Below are positions 1-9,953 of a DNA stretch of 64,000 bases, piece after piece. The first letter of the stretch is position 1, and each line of letters begins with the position of its first letter. A program made the translations under genes and the position numbers. Under the pieces are notes generated by a model. It saw only the letters and a program-made list of their open reading frames with translations. It searched no databases and was not told the origin of the DNA. The DNA comes from Candidatus Multivorans sp. (GTDB taxonomy: Bacteria > Acidobacteriota > Thermoanaerobaculia > Multivoradales > Multivoraceae), in the NCBI GenBank assembly GCA_965247095.1, contig OZ251997.1, forward strand, positions 3,648,001-3,712,000, written 5' to 3'.

Positions 1-238
1 GCTCGATCCGCTGGTTCCGGACGAGATTCCCGACAACTGCGCCCGGCTCGGCTTCGAGATCCTCCCGCTGGAAAGCGCGGACGCGGCGAGCTACCACGTC
101 CTGCCGCGGGTGGCCAAGCATCGCGACCCGTTCGACCGCATGCTCGTTCACCAGTGCATTCGCGGCAACCTGATTCTGGTCAGCCGGGATGGGCGAATGA
201 GGAGCTATCGATCCCACGGGTTGCGGCAGGTCTGGTAG
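1..238 (+). CDS. PIN-domain (VapC-like) toxin, C-terminal part (5' truncated by window)
   Basis: Frame 2 reads ...LGFEILPLESADAASYHVLPRVAKHRDPFDRMLVHQCIRGNLILVSRD...QVW* (TAG 236-238); HRDPFDRML and LVSRD are typical PIN motifs. Not in the ORF track. Confidence 0.85.
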   Translation, partial: LDPLVPDEIPDNCARLGFEILPLESADAASYHVLPRVAKHRDPFDRMLVHQCIRGNLILVSRDGRMRSYRSHGLRQVW

Positions 239-325
239 GGCGTGTCGCGGGGAGTGGCGCGCGAGGCGTCGACACGGCCAGGTTAGTTGGTCGCAGGGCC
301 GGCCGTGTTTCGCCGGCTCGGCTGG

Positions 326-1999
326 CTACCCCCGCGCCGCGGCCTTCTTCTCCTTCTTGTCCCGCTTCGCCCGCAGCAGCGCCGCCGCCCGGTCCAGGTG
401 GTCGTCGCCCAGGCGGTCGAGGTACTCGTCGTAGCTGCCGACGAAGTCGTTGACGCCTTCGGCCGAGATCTCGATGATCCGGGTGGCGAGTTGGCTCACG
501 AACCAGCGGTCGTGGGAGACGAGGAGCAGGGTGCCCGGGTAGTCCAGGAGCCCGTGGATCAGCGCCTGGATCGCCTCCAGGTCCAGGTGGTTGGTGGGCT
601 CGTCGAGGACCAGGACGTTGGGTTTGAGCACGACGTGGCGGCAGAACAGGAGACGCGCCGCTTCGCCGCCTGAGAGGCTGCCGATCCGCTTCGTCGCTTC
701 GTCCTTGGAGAACAGGACGGCGCCGAGCTGGCCGCGGACGAAACCGATCGGCTCGCCGGGGCAGCAGTCCCAGAGCCAGCTCTGGACTGTCTTCCGCTCG
801 GCGCCCTGGGTGTCGAGCAACTGTTGCCGGTGGTCCTGGGCGAAGTAGCCGGGGTGGGTTTCGTACCCCCAGTCGATCTCGCCGCGGTCGGCAAAGACCT
901 CGCCGATCGCGATCTTGAGCAGGGTCGACTTGCCGATGCCGTTCGGCCCGATCACGGCGATCCGCTCGCCGCGGCCGATCTCAAGCGACACGTCGTCGAG
1001 CACCTCGTTGTCGCCGTAGCTCTTGGAGATGCCTTCGAGGGTCAGCACCCGCTTGCCGGATGGTCGGCGCGACTGGAAGCGGAACAGCGGGTAGCGGCGC
1101 GAAGTCTGGGGTAGCTGCTCGATCGAGATCCGGTTGATCAGTTTCACCCGGCTCTGGGCCTGCCGCGCCTTGCTCGCCTTGTAGCGGAAGCGGTCGACGA
1201 ACTTCTGGTGGTGGTCGATCTCCTGCTGCCGCTGCCCGATCTCGGCCTCTCTGCGCGCCCGTTCCTCGACCTTCTTCTGCTCGAAGTTGGAGTACGAGCC
1301 CGGGTAGGCGGTGAGGGCTTCGTAGTCGATGTCGAGAATCTGGGTGCAGACGTTGTCGAGAAACCGGTGGTCATGGGAGACGACGATGACGACGCCCTTG
1401 AACTCGGACAGGAATTTCTCGAGCCAGCGGATGGAAAGGATGTCCAGGTGGTTCGTCGGCTCGTCGAGCAGCAGCGCGTCGGGGTACGCGGCCAGGGTCT
1501 GCGCCAGCAGCACGCGGAGCTTGAAGCCGCCGGACAGGATCGACAGCGGCTCGCGGTGGACCGCTGTCTCGATCCCCAGCCCCTCCAGGATCTCGGCCGC
1601 CCGGGACTCCAGGGAGTAGCCGTCCCAGCGCATGACGACTTCCTCCAGCGCGGCGTAGCGGTTGCCGTCGAATTCCTCGTCGGCCCGCTCCAGCAGCCGG
1701 TCCTTCTCGACCATCGCCTGCCACAGTTCGGCGTTGCCCATCATCACGACGTCGAGGATCGAATCCTCTTCGTACTCGAAGTGGTCCTGCTTCAGCACTC
1801 CCAGCCGGCAGCGCTTCGGCACGGTAATCGAGCCTTCGCTGGCCGGCTCGTCGCCTGTCAGCATACGCAGGAGCGTCGACTTGCCCGAACCGTTCGAGCC
1901 CACAAGGCCGTAGCGTTGCCCTGAGGTGAAACGCACGCTCGCGGCCGCGAACAGGGTCTGTTCGCCGAAGCTCTTGCCGAGGTTGGAGATCGAGATCAT
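326..1999 (-). CDS. ABC-F family ribosome-associated ATPase (YbiT-like)
   Basis: Two ABC domains (GSNGSGKST, LSGGF, LLLDEPTNHLD; GPNGIGKST, LSGGE, DEPTNHLD), linker KARQAQSR, no TM segments. Confidence 0.93.
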   Translation of the reverse strand: MISISNLGKSFGEQTLFAAASVRFTSGQRYGLVGSNGSGKSTLLRMLTGDEPASEGSITVPKRCRLGVLKQDHFEYEEDSILDVVMMGNAELWQAMVEKDRLLERADEEFDGNRYAALEEVVMRWDGYSLESRAAEILEGLGIETAVHREPLSILSGGFKLRVLLAQTLAAYPDALLLDEPTNHLDILSIRWLEKFLSEFKGVVIVVSHDHRFLDNVCTQILDIDYEALTAYPGSYSNFEQKKVEERARREAEIGQRQQEIDHHQKFVDRFRYKASKARQAQSRVKLINRISIEQLPQTSRRYPLFRFQSRRPSGKRVLTLEGISKSYGDNEVLDDVSLEIGRGERIAVIGPNGIGKSTLLKIAIGEVFADRGEIDWGYETHPGYFAQDHRQQLLDTQGAERKTVQSWLWDCCPGEPIGFVRGQLGAVLFSKDEATKRIGSLSGGEAARLLFCRHVVLKPNVLVLDEPTNHLDLEAIQALIHGLLDYPGTLLLVSHDRWFVSQLATRIIEISAEGVNDFVGSYDEYLDRLGDDHLDRAAALLRAKRDKKEKKAAARG

Positions 2000-2115
2000 C
2001 TGTTCGTCATCTAGTAGTCTGCGCGGCTGGAATGCGGCGCGTGAGGCCGGGGCGCGCGGCGCGGCGCGGAGTCAGGATAACAACGGAATGGGCAGCAGAC
2101 AGATGACGGCGAAGC

Positions 2116-3081
2116 ATGCTGGGTAAGGTCCGCAGGAAGACCCGCGTGGCGGCGCCGGGCGACCGCTTCGAGCTGGCGCTGAGCGTGGTGGGGTGGGCCG
2201 GCGGCGCCTTCCTGGGCGCGGTCCTGGTGTTCGGAGCGGCGGTCAAGGCGCTCGACCCCCAAGGCTTCGTGAGCCAGATAGAGATCGAGGGTCTGGACTT
2301 CCTGCTGCCGGCCGCGGTGGTGACCGTGATCGCGCTGGCGCTCGAGGTCGGGCTCGGCAGCGCCCTCATCCTCGGCCTGCGCCGGATGTGGATTCTCGGC
2401 CCCTCGGCGCTCCTGGTCGCCTTCTTCCTGTTCCTCACCGGACGGACCTACTGCCGGGATCTGCGTGGCATTGCCGTGGAGGACGAGGCCGGCTGCGGCT
2501 GCTTCGGCAACCTGGTGGAGCGGACGCCGGCGGAGGCCTTCTGGCAGGACCTGGCGCTCATGGTCCCGGCGCTGGCGCTGGCGTTTCTTGGCCGGCGCGC
2601 GAGCGACGGCATGCCGTGGATCCGGCTCGCCGTCGTCGGCGCTCTGACCGTGGGCCTGCTGGCGTTCGCCCGCGCGGCGCCCGACCTGCCGCTGGACAAC
2701 CTGGCGACCCGGCTCAAGCCGGACCTTCAGGTCGACGAGATCTGCAGCGGCGACGGGGACAGTCTCCTGTGCCTTTCGACCATCGTGCCCGAGCTGGAAG
2801 AGGGCGAGCACTGGCTGGTCATCGCCGACCTCGACGAGGATCTCGGCAAGGCGGTCGACGGCCTGAACCGGCACGTCTTCGCGGGCAGCGGGATGTGGGT
2901 GCTCAGCTCGGCGACCCCGGACGAGAACCGCACGTTCTTCTGGTCCTATGGCCCTGCCTTCGAGATCCGCGAGGCGCCGCCGACGTTCCTCGCACCGCTG
3001 TACAGGACCCTGCCGCGTTCGTTCCGGGTCAAGGACGGCGTGGTGGTCGAGACGGTGTCGGGGTTGCCGCCGGCGCCGTAG
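2116..3081 (+). CDS. MauE/DoxX-family membrane protein with soluble C-terminal domain
   Basis: Several TM helices and the CGCFG motif typical of MauE-like proteins; start uncertain. Confidence 0.75.
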   Translation: MLGKVRRKTRVAAPGDRFELALSVVGWAGGAFLGAVLVFGAAVKALDPQGFVSQIEIEGLDFLLPAAVVTVIALALEVGLGSALILGLRRMWILGPSALLVAFFLFLTGRTYCRDLRGIAVEDEAGCGCFGNLVERTPAEAFWQDLALMVPALALAFLGRRASDGMPWIRLAVVGALTVGLLAFARAAPDLPLDNLATRLKPDLQVDEICSGDGDSLLCLSTIVPELEEGEHWLVIADLDEDLGKAVDGLNRHVFAGSGMWVLSSATPDENRTFFWSYGPAFEIREAPPTFLAPLYRTLPRSFRVKDGVVVETVSGLPPAP

Positions 3082-3117
3082 TCACGCCGGGCGGGCGCGG
3101 TTCTCGAGATACATGGC

Positions 3118-4359
3118 CTAGTCCGCCAGACGTCGAAAGGCGCCGGTGTAACGCTCGTGCATACGATTCAGGCCGCGCTTGAGCTTCGATATGGGACCGT
3201 TGCTGCGGACCCAGGATGGGTCTGCGAACTCCGCGGCGAGATCGATGCCGCCGTTGCGCCAGGCTGCGTCGGTCGCCTGGAGCTCGCCGGCGGGGGCGAA
3301 GCGCGAGACGCCGGCTTCGTCGAAGGCGCGGCGGACGTCAGGGGGCAGATCGCCGGCGATGGCGAGGCCCTGGATGCGGTCGTTCCAGTCGTCGAGGGGT
3401 GGGAGCGCTGGAACCGAGTGGATGCGGACGGTGCGCAGGCCGGGTGAGGGCCGGAGCCGCGAGTCGTTCTCGACGATCACGGTGCCGGCATCGAGCTCTT
3501 CGCCGAACGACACAAGACCGCGGAGATCGGCCTCCTCGCGGGCCAGCCGGACGCCGGCACGTTCGGCGTCGCTTGCCCGGCCGGGGGGCAGTTCGGTGGT
3601 GAGCTCGGCGAGGGCGTCGGCGAGGGCGTGGGCGAAGGGGTCGGCAGCCGGTTGCTCGACGAGCACGGCCTCGACGGAGAGGCAGCCGCGCTGGTCGAAG
3701 AGCGCGATATCGAGCGCCATGCCGGGTACCGCTTGTTCGAGGTCGGCGTCGGCGCCAACCCAGCCGATGCTGAGCTTCGGTCCGAAGGTCACGAGTCGGC
3801 GTGTGTCGGCAGCCGCGAGAGCAGTCATGGTCGGTTCGCTGCCGTAGGCCACGACGAGGCGGGCGGAGGCGCGAAGGGCATCCTCGATCTCCGCGTCGCC
3901 GCCGGTCCAGGTGGCGGCGGTGTAGGCCTCGCGGAGGACGGGGCGCCGGCGACCCAGGGCGGCGAGGAAAGCCGGCGCGAAGAAGGGTTCGGCCCGCGAT
4001 GATTTGAACAGGACGGGCGCGCGCGCGGCCAGGGCCGGTAGCAGGGACTGGAGGATCAGGCCGGGCGGGTTTGCCGGCAGCACGACGAGGCTGAAGCCGT
4101 CCTCGTCCTGTCGTAAGGAGCGGCGCAGTTCGGCGGCCGCGGGTTCCCCGAGCATTCCGGCGCCGATGCTCTCGAGCCCGCGCTGAAGGCCCTCGGTGGA
4201 GAGGCCGGTCGCGGCCAGCAGGTCGGGATCCAGCGCGCGGCGTTCCGGGCTGCCGGCGTCGAGGAAGGCGGCCAGGGTGTCGTTCCAGGTGGTGAGGATG
4301 TCGTCGTCGGAGATGGCGAGGAGGGCGGGCGCCGCGTCAGTCAGGGTCTGCGTCGTCAC
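3118..4359 (-). CDS. LuxC-like acyl-CoA reductase (ALDH superfamily)
   Basis: VLPANPPG, FKSS, VVAYGS, FGPKLS, catalytic DQRGCLS; GTG start 4359 with GGAGGAG SD, GTGA overlap with upstream stop. Confidence 0.85.
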   Translation of the reverse strand: MTTQTLTDAAPALLAISDDDILTTWNDTLAAFLDAGSPERRALDPDLLAATGLSTEGLQRGLESIGAGMLGEPAAAELRRSLRQDEDGFSLVVLPANPPGLILQSLLPALAARAPVLFKSSRAEPFFAPAFLAALGRRRPVLREAYTAATWTGGDAEIEDALRASARLVVAYGSEPTMTALAAADTRRLVTFGPKLSIGWVGADADLEQAVPGMALDIALFDQRGCLSVEAVLVEQPAADPFAHALADALAELTTELPPGRASDAERAGVRLAREEADLRGLVSFGEELDAGTVIVENDSRLRPSPGLRTVRIHSVPALPPLDDWNDRIQGLAIAGDLPPDVRRAFDEAGVSRFAPAGELQATDAAWRNGGIDLAAEFADPSWVRSNGPISKLKRGLNRMHERYTGAFRRLAD

Positions 4360-5399
4360 GCCGCGCCCAACTCCTCCGCGGTCAGCGAACAGCCGCGCAG
4401 TTCGGCGCCGGTGGCGCGGCCGAGCAGGCGGAAGGCGCCGTCTTCGGCGACGCCGAGGTCCTCGGTCAGCACATGGCAGACGGATCCGAGGTTCGCGAGG
4501 TCGAAGAAGGACAGCAGCCCCGTGCGCCCGTCCTCGACTTCCTCGAGGGTTGTCGGGTCGAGCACGCGAAACGGCATCCACGGGGGAGTACGCAGGTGCT
4601 CGCCGCCGGGGCGGGAGTAGGCCTGGCTAGTCAGCTCCGTCATGCCGTACTCGCGGACGATCGCCTCCCGGCGCAGACCGAGCAGGGCGCGGGCGCGCCG
4701 CCGGACCTCGTCCGGCGTCGTCTCGAGGCGCTGGCCCTTGAAGCCGCCGGTCTCGAACACGCGGCTTCCGGCCGGCAGTCGGATCGCGTGCCCGGTCTCA
4801 CCCTCCAGGTGGTCGAGCAGGAGGACGAGGGCGAGGGCGGTGGCCAGGATCAACACCGGCTCACCCTCGCCGCGGCCCTGGAGCCAGCGTCGCGCCTGCC
4901 CGACGTCGATCCCGCCCGCGGAGACGGCCCAGGCGCTGCCCGGCGCGGCGTGGCGCTCGAACACGTGGTCCGCCATGAAGGAGAGGCTCGAGTCGGGGGC
5001 CGCGGTGCGGTCGGGGATGAGCAAGAGCATCGGCACCCGCTCACTGCCCGCGGGCAGGCAGGCGGCGGCGAAGGAGGCGTCGATCACCTTCCGGTAGAGG
5101 TCGGGGTACGGGTGGTAGTGGACGCTCCGTCGTTCCGCGCCGCGGGTGGTGCCGCTGCTGCGGAAGACCTCCCGGGGCTCGGCGGCGGCGAGGCGTAGCG
5201 ACTTGAAGGCCGAGGTGGGGACCGGCGGCGCCGCGCGCCAGTCGTCGAGCGCGCCGCGGGAGAGGCTGCGGCGCTCGCACAGGCGGCGGTAGGGCTCGAC
5301 CCGCTCGATTCCGAAGCGGGCTGCCGCCGGGGCAAGTTCCTCGAAGCGGCCTTCGCCGCAAGCGATGAAGCGTTCGATCCGTTGAACCAGGCCGGTCAT
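4356..5399 (-). CDS. LuxE-like acyl-protein synthetase / long-chain fatty acid ligase
   Basis: FRSSGTT, ETGGFKG, EYGMTELTSQAY, DLANLGS, TEDLG, LLGRATGAELRGCS; ATG 5399 overlaps the helicase stop (ATGA). The ORF-track start 6617 is over-extended. Confidence 0.88.
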   Translation of the reverse strand: MTGLVQRIERFIACGEGRFEELAPAAARFGIERVEPYRRLCERRSLSRGALDDWRAAPPVPTSAFKSLRLAAAEPREVFRSSGTTRGAERRSVHYHPYPDLYRKVIDASFAAACLPAGSERVPMLLLIPDRTAAPDSSLSFMADHVFERHAAPGSAWAVSAGGIDVGQARRWLQGRGEGEPVLILATALALVLLLDHLEGETGHAIRLPAGSRVFETGGFKGQRLETTPDEVRRRARALLGLRREAIVREYGMTELTSQAYSRPGGEHLRTPPWMPFRVLDPTTLEEVEDGRTGLLSFFDLANLGSVCHVLTEDLGVAEDGAFRLLGRATGAELRGCSLTAEELGAA

Positions 5400-7846
5400 G
5401 ACCCTTCTGCGAAGAAGGCCGCCGCAGTGGTTGCCGGGTGGCCGGCAAGTCCCGCGCTGTCCGAATCGCCAGATTCCGGCCACCACTCGGCCGGCAGGTG
5501 CTTCCGGTAGGGCTGCTGCAGGAAGCGGCGGTCGAGGAGCGCGATCACGCCGCGGTCGTCGGCGGAGCGGATCAGCCGCCCGGCGGCCTGGACCACGCGG
5601 GTCATGCCGGGCACCACGAAGGCGTACTCGAAGCCGCGTTCGAAGCGCTCGTCGTAGTAGGCCTGAAGCAGCTTCTGTTCCATCGTCACGGCGGGCAGGC
5701 AGGGGCCGACGACGGCTACCGCGAGCAGCGCATCGCCCGGGTAGTCGACGCCCTCGGAGAACACGCCGCCCGCCACCGCCAAGAGCAGCGTGTCGCCGGC
5801 AAGGGGACTGGTCAGGGCGTCGAGCACCTCCTGACGCCGCGCCTCGCTGGTCGTCTGCTGCTGGACCAGCACGTTGCGGCCGCAGTCGGGCAGCCGTTCC
5901 TCGACCTCGGCGAGGAAGCGGTAGCTGGGGAAGATGGCCATCGAGTTCCCGGGCACGGAGCGGGCGAACTCGGCCAGCCGTTCGGCGATCGGGCCGTAGT
6001 TGTCCTCGCGGGTGCGGTACGTCGTGGCCACCGAGGTGTCGACGACGATGCGGCGGTTCTCGGCGGGGAAGGCGCTCGGCACATCGAGGGTCGAGGTCCG
6101 CGCCTCGTCGAACCCGAGCAGATCGCGGTAGAACTCGAAGGGCTGGAGGGTCGCCGAGAGGCCGATGCAGGAGCGGCAGCGGTTGATCGTCGCCCCCAGG
6201 AAGGCGCTCGCGTCCTTGCACAGGAGGCTGAAGCTCGGTTCCCCGTCGGTGCGCCGGAAGAGGAAGCTGAAGGACTCGGCGTGCTTGGGCGAGGAGGCGA
6301 GCTGGAGCGTGTTGAGGAACCGGAGCAGCTTGAAGTAGAGATCCACGAAGGCGTCGTTGGCGGCGAATGAGCGGGTGTCGCGGCGGAACTCCAGGTAGTC
6401 CACGAAGCCGCGGTCGAAGGCGGGCCGCAGGCCCCAGAGTTCGTCTTCGGGGGCGGCGCCCTCGGCGACCGCGCTGCGGTCCGGGCGATCGAGCTGCCCG
6501 TCGACGCCGGTCCGAATCAGGTCTTCGAGCGCGGTACAGAGTTCGCGCAGGCGATTGGTGGGCCCGCCCTCGGCGCCGCGGCCCACCCGTCGCAGACTTG
6601 AGGCGGCGTCGCGGCACCCCTTCGCGGTCAGTTCCGGGCTGTAGTAGCCGCGGCCGCGGTCGATGAGGTTGTGAATCTCATCGACGATCAGGACCGTGCC
6701 GGAGAGGTCCGCGTCGCCCTGGAACTCCGTCAGCTTGACGAAGGGGTCGAGGGCGTAGTTGTAGTCGCCGACCACCACCTGGACCTGGCGCCCGAGTTCG
6801 AGGCTGATCTCGAACGGGCAGACACGGGTGCCCTTCGAGGCGGCGTAGATCGCGTCCGGCTCCAGCAGGCTGTGCTCCTGGAGCAGCCTCGGGATGAGCT
6901 GGCTGCTCTGCAGCTTGCTGTAGTAGTCGCGGGCGTACTGGCAGTAGTCCTCGTGGCAGATGATCTCGTCGTTCGCGCACATCCGCGCTTTGGCCCGCAG
7001 GTGCAGGGAGTGGAAGGCGCCCTCCCGGTTGAGCAGGTCGATGACGCGGTTGGCCATCGCCTGTTGGGTGTTCTTGGCGGTGAGGACGAATACCCGCAGG
7101 TCGCGGGCGAGCGCCTCGCGCAGCACCGGGAACAGGACTGCCGCCGTCTTGCCCAGGCCGGTGGGCGCCTGGACCATCAGGTGCTCGCGCTGTTCGATGG
7201 CAAGTCCGGCGCGGTCGACGATCTCCTGCTGGCCCGGTCGCGGCTGATGGAAGGGGAACTCGAGCCGTTCGGCTGCCAACTCGCGTCGCTGGCGCTGCGC
7301 GCGGGCCGCCTGGTAGTCGTGGACGAGGGCGTTGAGCCGCACCCGGATGCCGGTCTCGAGCTCCTCCCAGTCGAGTTCGACCGTAAGCCGTTCGATGTCG
7401 GCGGTGCCGATCTCGATCAGGACCAGCTCGGCGCGCACCGGCAGCGCGGCCGCGCCCGACCGGTGGAGGATCCAGCCGTAGAGCGCCGCCTGCTGCCGGT
7501 AGGTCGCCAGCAGCGCCGGCGAGGGCTCGGTGTTCGGGCGCACGGACTTGATCTCCTCGATCGCAATAGAGCCGTCGGCGTTGCGGTAGAGGCCGTCGGC
7601 GCGGCCGGTCAGGGTCACGCTCCAGCCGCGGTGGTTGAACTCGAGCGACAGCTCGACCTCTCGCCGGTAGCTCGGCTCGCGCGCCATCGCCTGTTCCTGG
7701 TAGCGGCTGTGGATCGCCTGGCCGACCCAGAGCCGCTCGAACCCGCCCCGGTTGGCGAACCCGAGGTTTTTTTTGGAGCGGTGGTCGAGCAGGTCCGCCA
7801 CGGACAGTCGGAGCGTCTTCGCGTCGTCGTCGAAGCGCGGCGGCAT
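5396..7846 (-). CDS. XPD/Rad3/DinG-family Fe-S helicase with N-terminal PD-(D/E)XK nuclease domain
   Basis: N-term GQAIH...GRADG...EEIKS; Walker A QAPTGLGKT; four Cys (MCANDEIICHEDYC...CPFE); DEIHN; LSATL; SEGVD; QAAGRLIR. Start ATG 7846 lies 7 nt below TAGTCT. Confidence 0.9.
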   Translation of the reverse strand: MPPRFDDDAKTLRLSVADLLDHRSKKNLGFANRGGFERLWVGQAIHSRYQEQAMAREPSYRREVELSLEFNHRGWSVTLTGRADGLYRNADGSIAIEEIKSVRPNTEPSPALLATYRQQAALYGWILHRSGAAALPVRAELVLIEIGTADIERLTVELDWEELETGIRVRLNALVHDYQAARAQRQRRELAAERLEFPFHQPRPGQQEIVDRAGLAIEQREHLMVQAPTGLGKTAAVLFPVLREALARDLRVFVLTAKNTQQAMANRVIDLLNREGAFHSLHLRAKARMCANDEIICHEDYCQYARDYYSKLQSSQLIPRLLQEHSLLEPDAIYAASKGTRVCPFEISLELGRQVQVVVGDYNYALDPFVKLTEFQGDADLSGTVLIVDEIHNLIDRGRGYYSPELTAKGCRDAASSLRRVGRGAEGGPTNRLRELCTALEDLIRTGVDGQLDRPDRSAVAEGAAPEDELWGLRPAFDRGFVDYLEFRRDTRSFAANDAFVDLYFKLLRFLNTLQLASSPKHAESFSFLFRRTDGEPSFSLLCKDASAFLGATINRCRSCIGLSATLQPFEFYRDLLGFDEARTSTLDVPSAFPAENRRIVVDTSVATTYRTREDNYGPIAERLAEFARSVPGNSMAIFPSYRFLAEVEERLPDCGRNVLVQQQTTSEARRQEVLDALTSPLAGDTLLLAVAGGVFSEGVDYPGDALLAVAVVGPCLPAVTMEQKLLQAYYDERFERGFEYAFVVPGMTRVVQAAGRLIRSADDRGVIALLDRRFLQQPYRKHLPAEWWPESGDSDSAGLAGHPATTAAAFFAEGS

Positions 7847-7973
7847 GGCGGCGAGACTACCGCCTGGAGGCGCTGTGGAAGGAGGGACGGGGCGCCCGAT
7901 TCCCTGCCGCGACCGGACGTTTCGGCGCTTCACCGGTTGTTATTCAAGTGGCGATGGCATAGCCTCCGTTCTT

Positions 7974-9008
7974 ATGGCGGACAACTTCCCCGGCGGCGAG
8001 AGCCCGCTCGACCTCCAGAACCTGGGGAAGATTCTTCGTGAGCGGCTGGGGGGCCTGAAGATCGTCGCGTTGGTGGTGCTGGTCGGCATTCTGCTGCTGT
8101 CGAGCATCTACACCGTCCAACCGGAAGAGGTGGCCGTCATTCTGCGCCTTGGTCGCTACATCGGCCAGACCGAGTCCGGGCTCCACTTCAAGATTCCGTT
8201 GATCGACGAAAAGACCAAGGTGCCGGTCAAGCGGCAGTTGAAGGAGGAGTTCGGTTTTCGCAGCGAGAGCGTGGGCGTGCGCAGTACCTTCAGCGGCAAC
8301 GCGGACGAGGCGAACATGCTCACCGGCGACCTGAACGCCGCGGTGGTCGAGTGGGTCGTGCAGTACCGGATCGTCGATCCGTACCAGTACCTGTTCCGGG
8401 TGCGGAACATGGACAGCACCTTCCGTGACATGAGCGAAGCCGTGATGCGCAAGGTGGTGGGCGACCGCACCGTGAGCGAGGTCCTGACCGTCGGCCGGGC
8501 CGAGATCGAGGGCACCGTCAAGGTGGAGCTGCAGGAACTCTGCGAGCAGTACGAGACCGGGATTCGGGTCGATCAGGTGGTGCTGCAGAGCAACAACCCG
8601 CCGGAACCCGTCAAGCCGTCGTTCAACGCGGTCAACCAGGCCGAACAGGAACTCGAGCGGCTGATCAACGAAGCCGAGGCCGAGTACAACCGGATCATCC
8701 CGCGCGCCGAGGGTGAGGCGCTGCAGACGATTCAGCAGGCGGAGGGTTACGCGCTCGACCGGGTCAACCGCTCCCAGGGCGACGCCACCCGCTTCAACGC
8801 CCTGTACGGGGAGTACCGTCGGGCGCCGGAAGTGACCCGCACGCGGATGTTCATCGAGACGATGGAGCGTGTGCTGCCGCGGGTGGGCCGGAAGATCGTC
8901 GTCGATGAGGACATCGAGGGCCTGACGCCGATCATGAGCTTCGAGGGAGTCAGCGCGGCCAGGACGCAGCAGGCGGCGGCGCAGCAGGCCGGGGAGGGAT
9001 TGCCGTGA
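7974..9008 (+). CDS. hflK: FtsH modulator HflK
   Basis: SPFH domain, one TM, MLTGDLN, EAEAEYNRIIPRAEGEA, APEVTRTRMFIETME; paired with hflC. Confidence 0.93.
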   Translation: MADNFPGGESPLDLQNLGKILRERLGGLKIVALVVLVGILLLSSIYTVQPEEVAVILRLGRYIGQTESGLHFKIPLIDEKTKVPVKRQLKEEFGFRSESVGVRSTFSGNADEANMLTGDLNAAVVEWVVQYRIVDPYQYLFRVRNMDSTFRDMSEAVMRKVVGDRTVSEVLTVGRAEIEGTVKVELQELCEQYETGIRVDQVVLQSNNPPEPVKPSFNAVNQAEQELERLINEAEAEYNRIIPRAEGEALQTIQQAEGYALDRVNRSQGDATRFNALYGEYRRAPEVTRTRMFIETMERVLPRVGRKIVVDEDIEGLTPIMSFEGVSAARTQQAAAQQAGEGLP

Positions 9009-9934
9009 GGATCGTGGCGATCGTCCTGGCGCTGGTGCTGCTCGTGGTGTTGGGGAACTCCCTGTTCGTGGTCCGTGAGGACCGCCAGGCGATCATCACG
9101 CAGTTCGGCGCGCCGGTCGGCGAGGCGATCGAGACGCCGGGGCTCAAGTTCAAGCTGCCCTACCAGAAGGCGCAGTACTTCGACCGCCGCTTTCTGGAGT
9201 GGCAGGGCGACGCCGACGAGTTACCGACCCGCGACAAGGTGTTCATCTTCGTGGATACCTACGCGAGATGGCGGATCTCGGACCCGCTGCTGTTCTTCCA
9301 GCGCCTGCGCGACGAGCGCGGCGGCCAGTCACGGCTCGACGACATCCTGGACGGTGAGACGCGCAGCGCGATCGCCAACCACGACCTGATCGAAGTGATC
9401 CGGAGTTCCAACCGGGAGGCGGCGGCGGATGAGTCGAGTCAGGACGCTGGCGACGGCCTGGAGGAGATCGTCACCGGCCGCGACAAGATCCGCCTGGACA
9501 TCCTGGCCGCGGCGCGGGAACGCACCGCGGACCTGGGGATAGAGGTTCTCGATGTCCAGTTCCGGCGCATCAACTACGGCAAACAGGTGGAGCCGGATGT
9601 GTTCAACCGGATGATCTCCGAGCGTCAGCGGATCGCCGATCGGTTCCGCTCGCAGGGCCAGGGCGAGGCGTCGCGCATTCGGGGTGAGATGGACCGCGAG
9701 TTGAAGCGGATCCAGTCCGAGGCGTACCGCTCGGCGACCGAGATTCGCGGCCGGGCCGACGCCGAAGCGACGGACATCTACGCCTCGGCCTACAACCAGT
9801 CGGCGCAGTCTCGGAGCTTCTACGAGTTCCTGCGCACGATGGAGGCCTTCGAGCGGACGATCGACGAGGGAACGTGGCTGGTCCTGTCGAGCGATAGTGA
9901 TTACTACAGATTCCTGAAGACCAGCGGCCCTTAG
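9005..9934 (+). CDS. hflC: FtsH modulator HflC
   Basis: SPFH domain, VFNRMISERQRIADRFRSQG, FYEFLRTMEA; GTGA overlap with hflK. Confidence 0.93.
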   Translation: MRIVAIVLALVLLVVLGNSLFVVREDRQAIITQFGAPVGEAIETPGLKFKLPYQKAQYFDRRFLEWQGDADELPTRDKVFIFVDTYARWRISDPLLFFQRLRDERGGQSRLDDILDGETRSAIANHDLIEVIRSSNREAAADESSQDAGDGLEEIVTGRDKIRLDILAAARERTADLGIEVLDVQFRRINYGKQVEPDVFNRMISERQRIADRFRSQGQGEASRIRGEMDRELKRIQSEAYRSATEIRGRADAEATDIYASAYNQSAQSRSFYEFLRTMEAFERTIDEGTWLVLSSDSDYYRFLKTSGP

Positions 9935-9953
9935 CTCACTCGGCCGTCACTAG

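Noticed and set aside
3118-5399. Bioluminescence (lux) operon
   Set aside because: luxA, luxB, luxD and luxG are absent from the window.
5396-7846. CRISPR-associated Cas4/CasDinG system
   Set aside because: No cas genes or repeat-spacer array in the window; the nuclease-XPD fusion is a known stand-alone repair helicase type.
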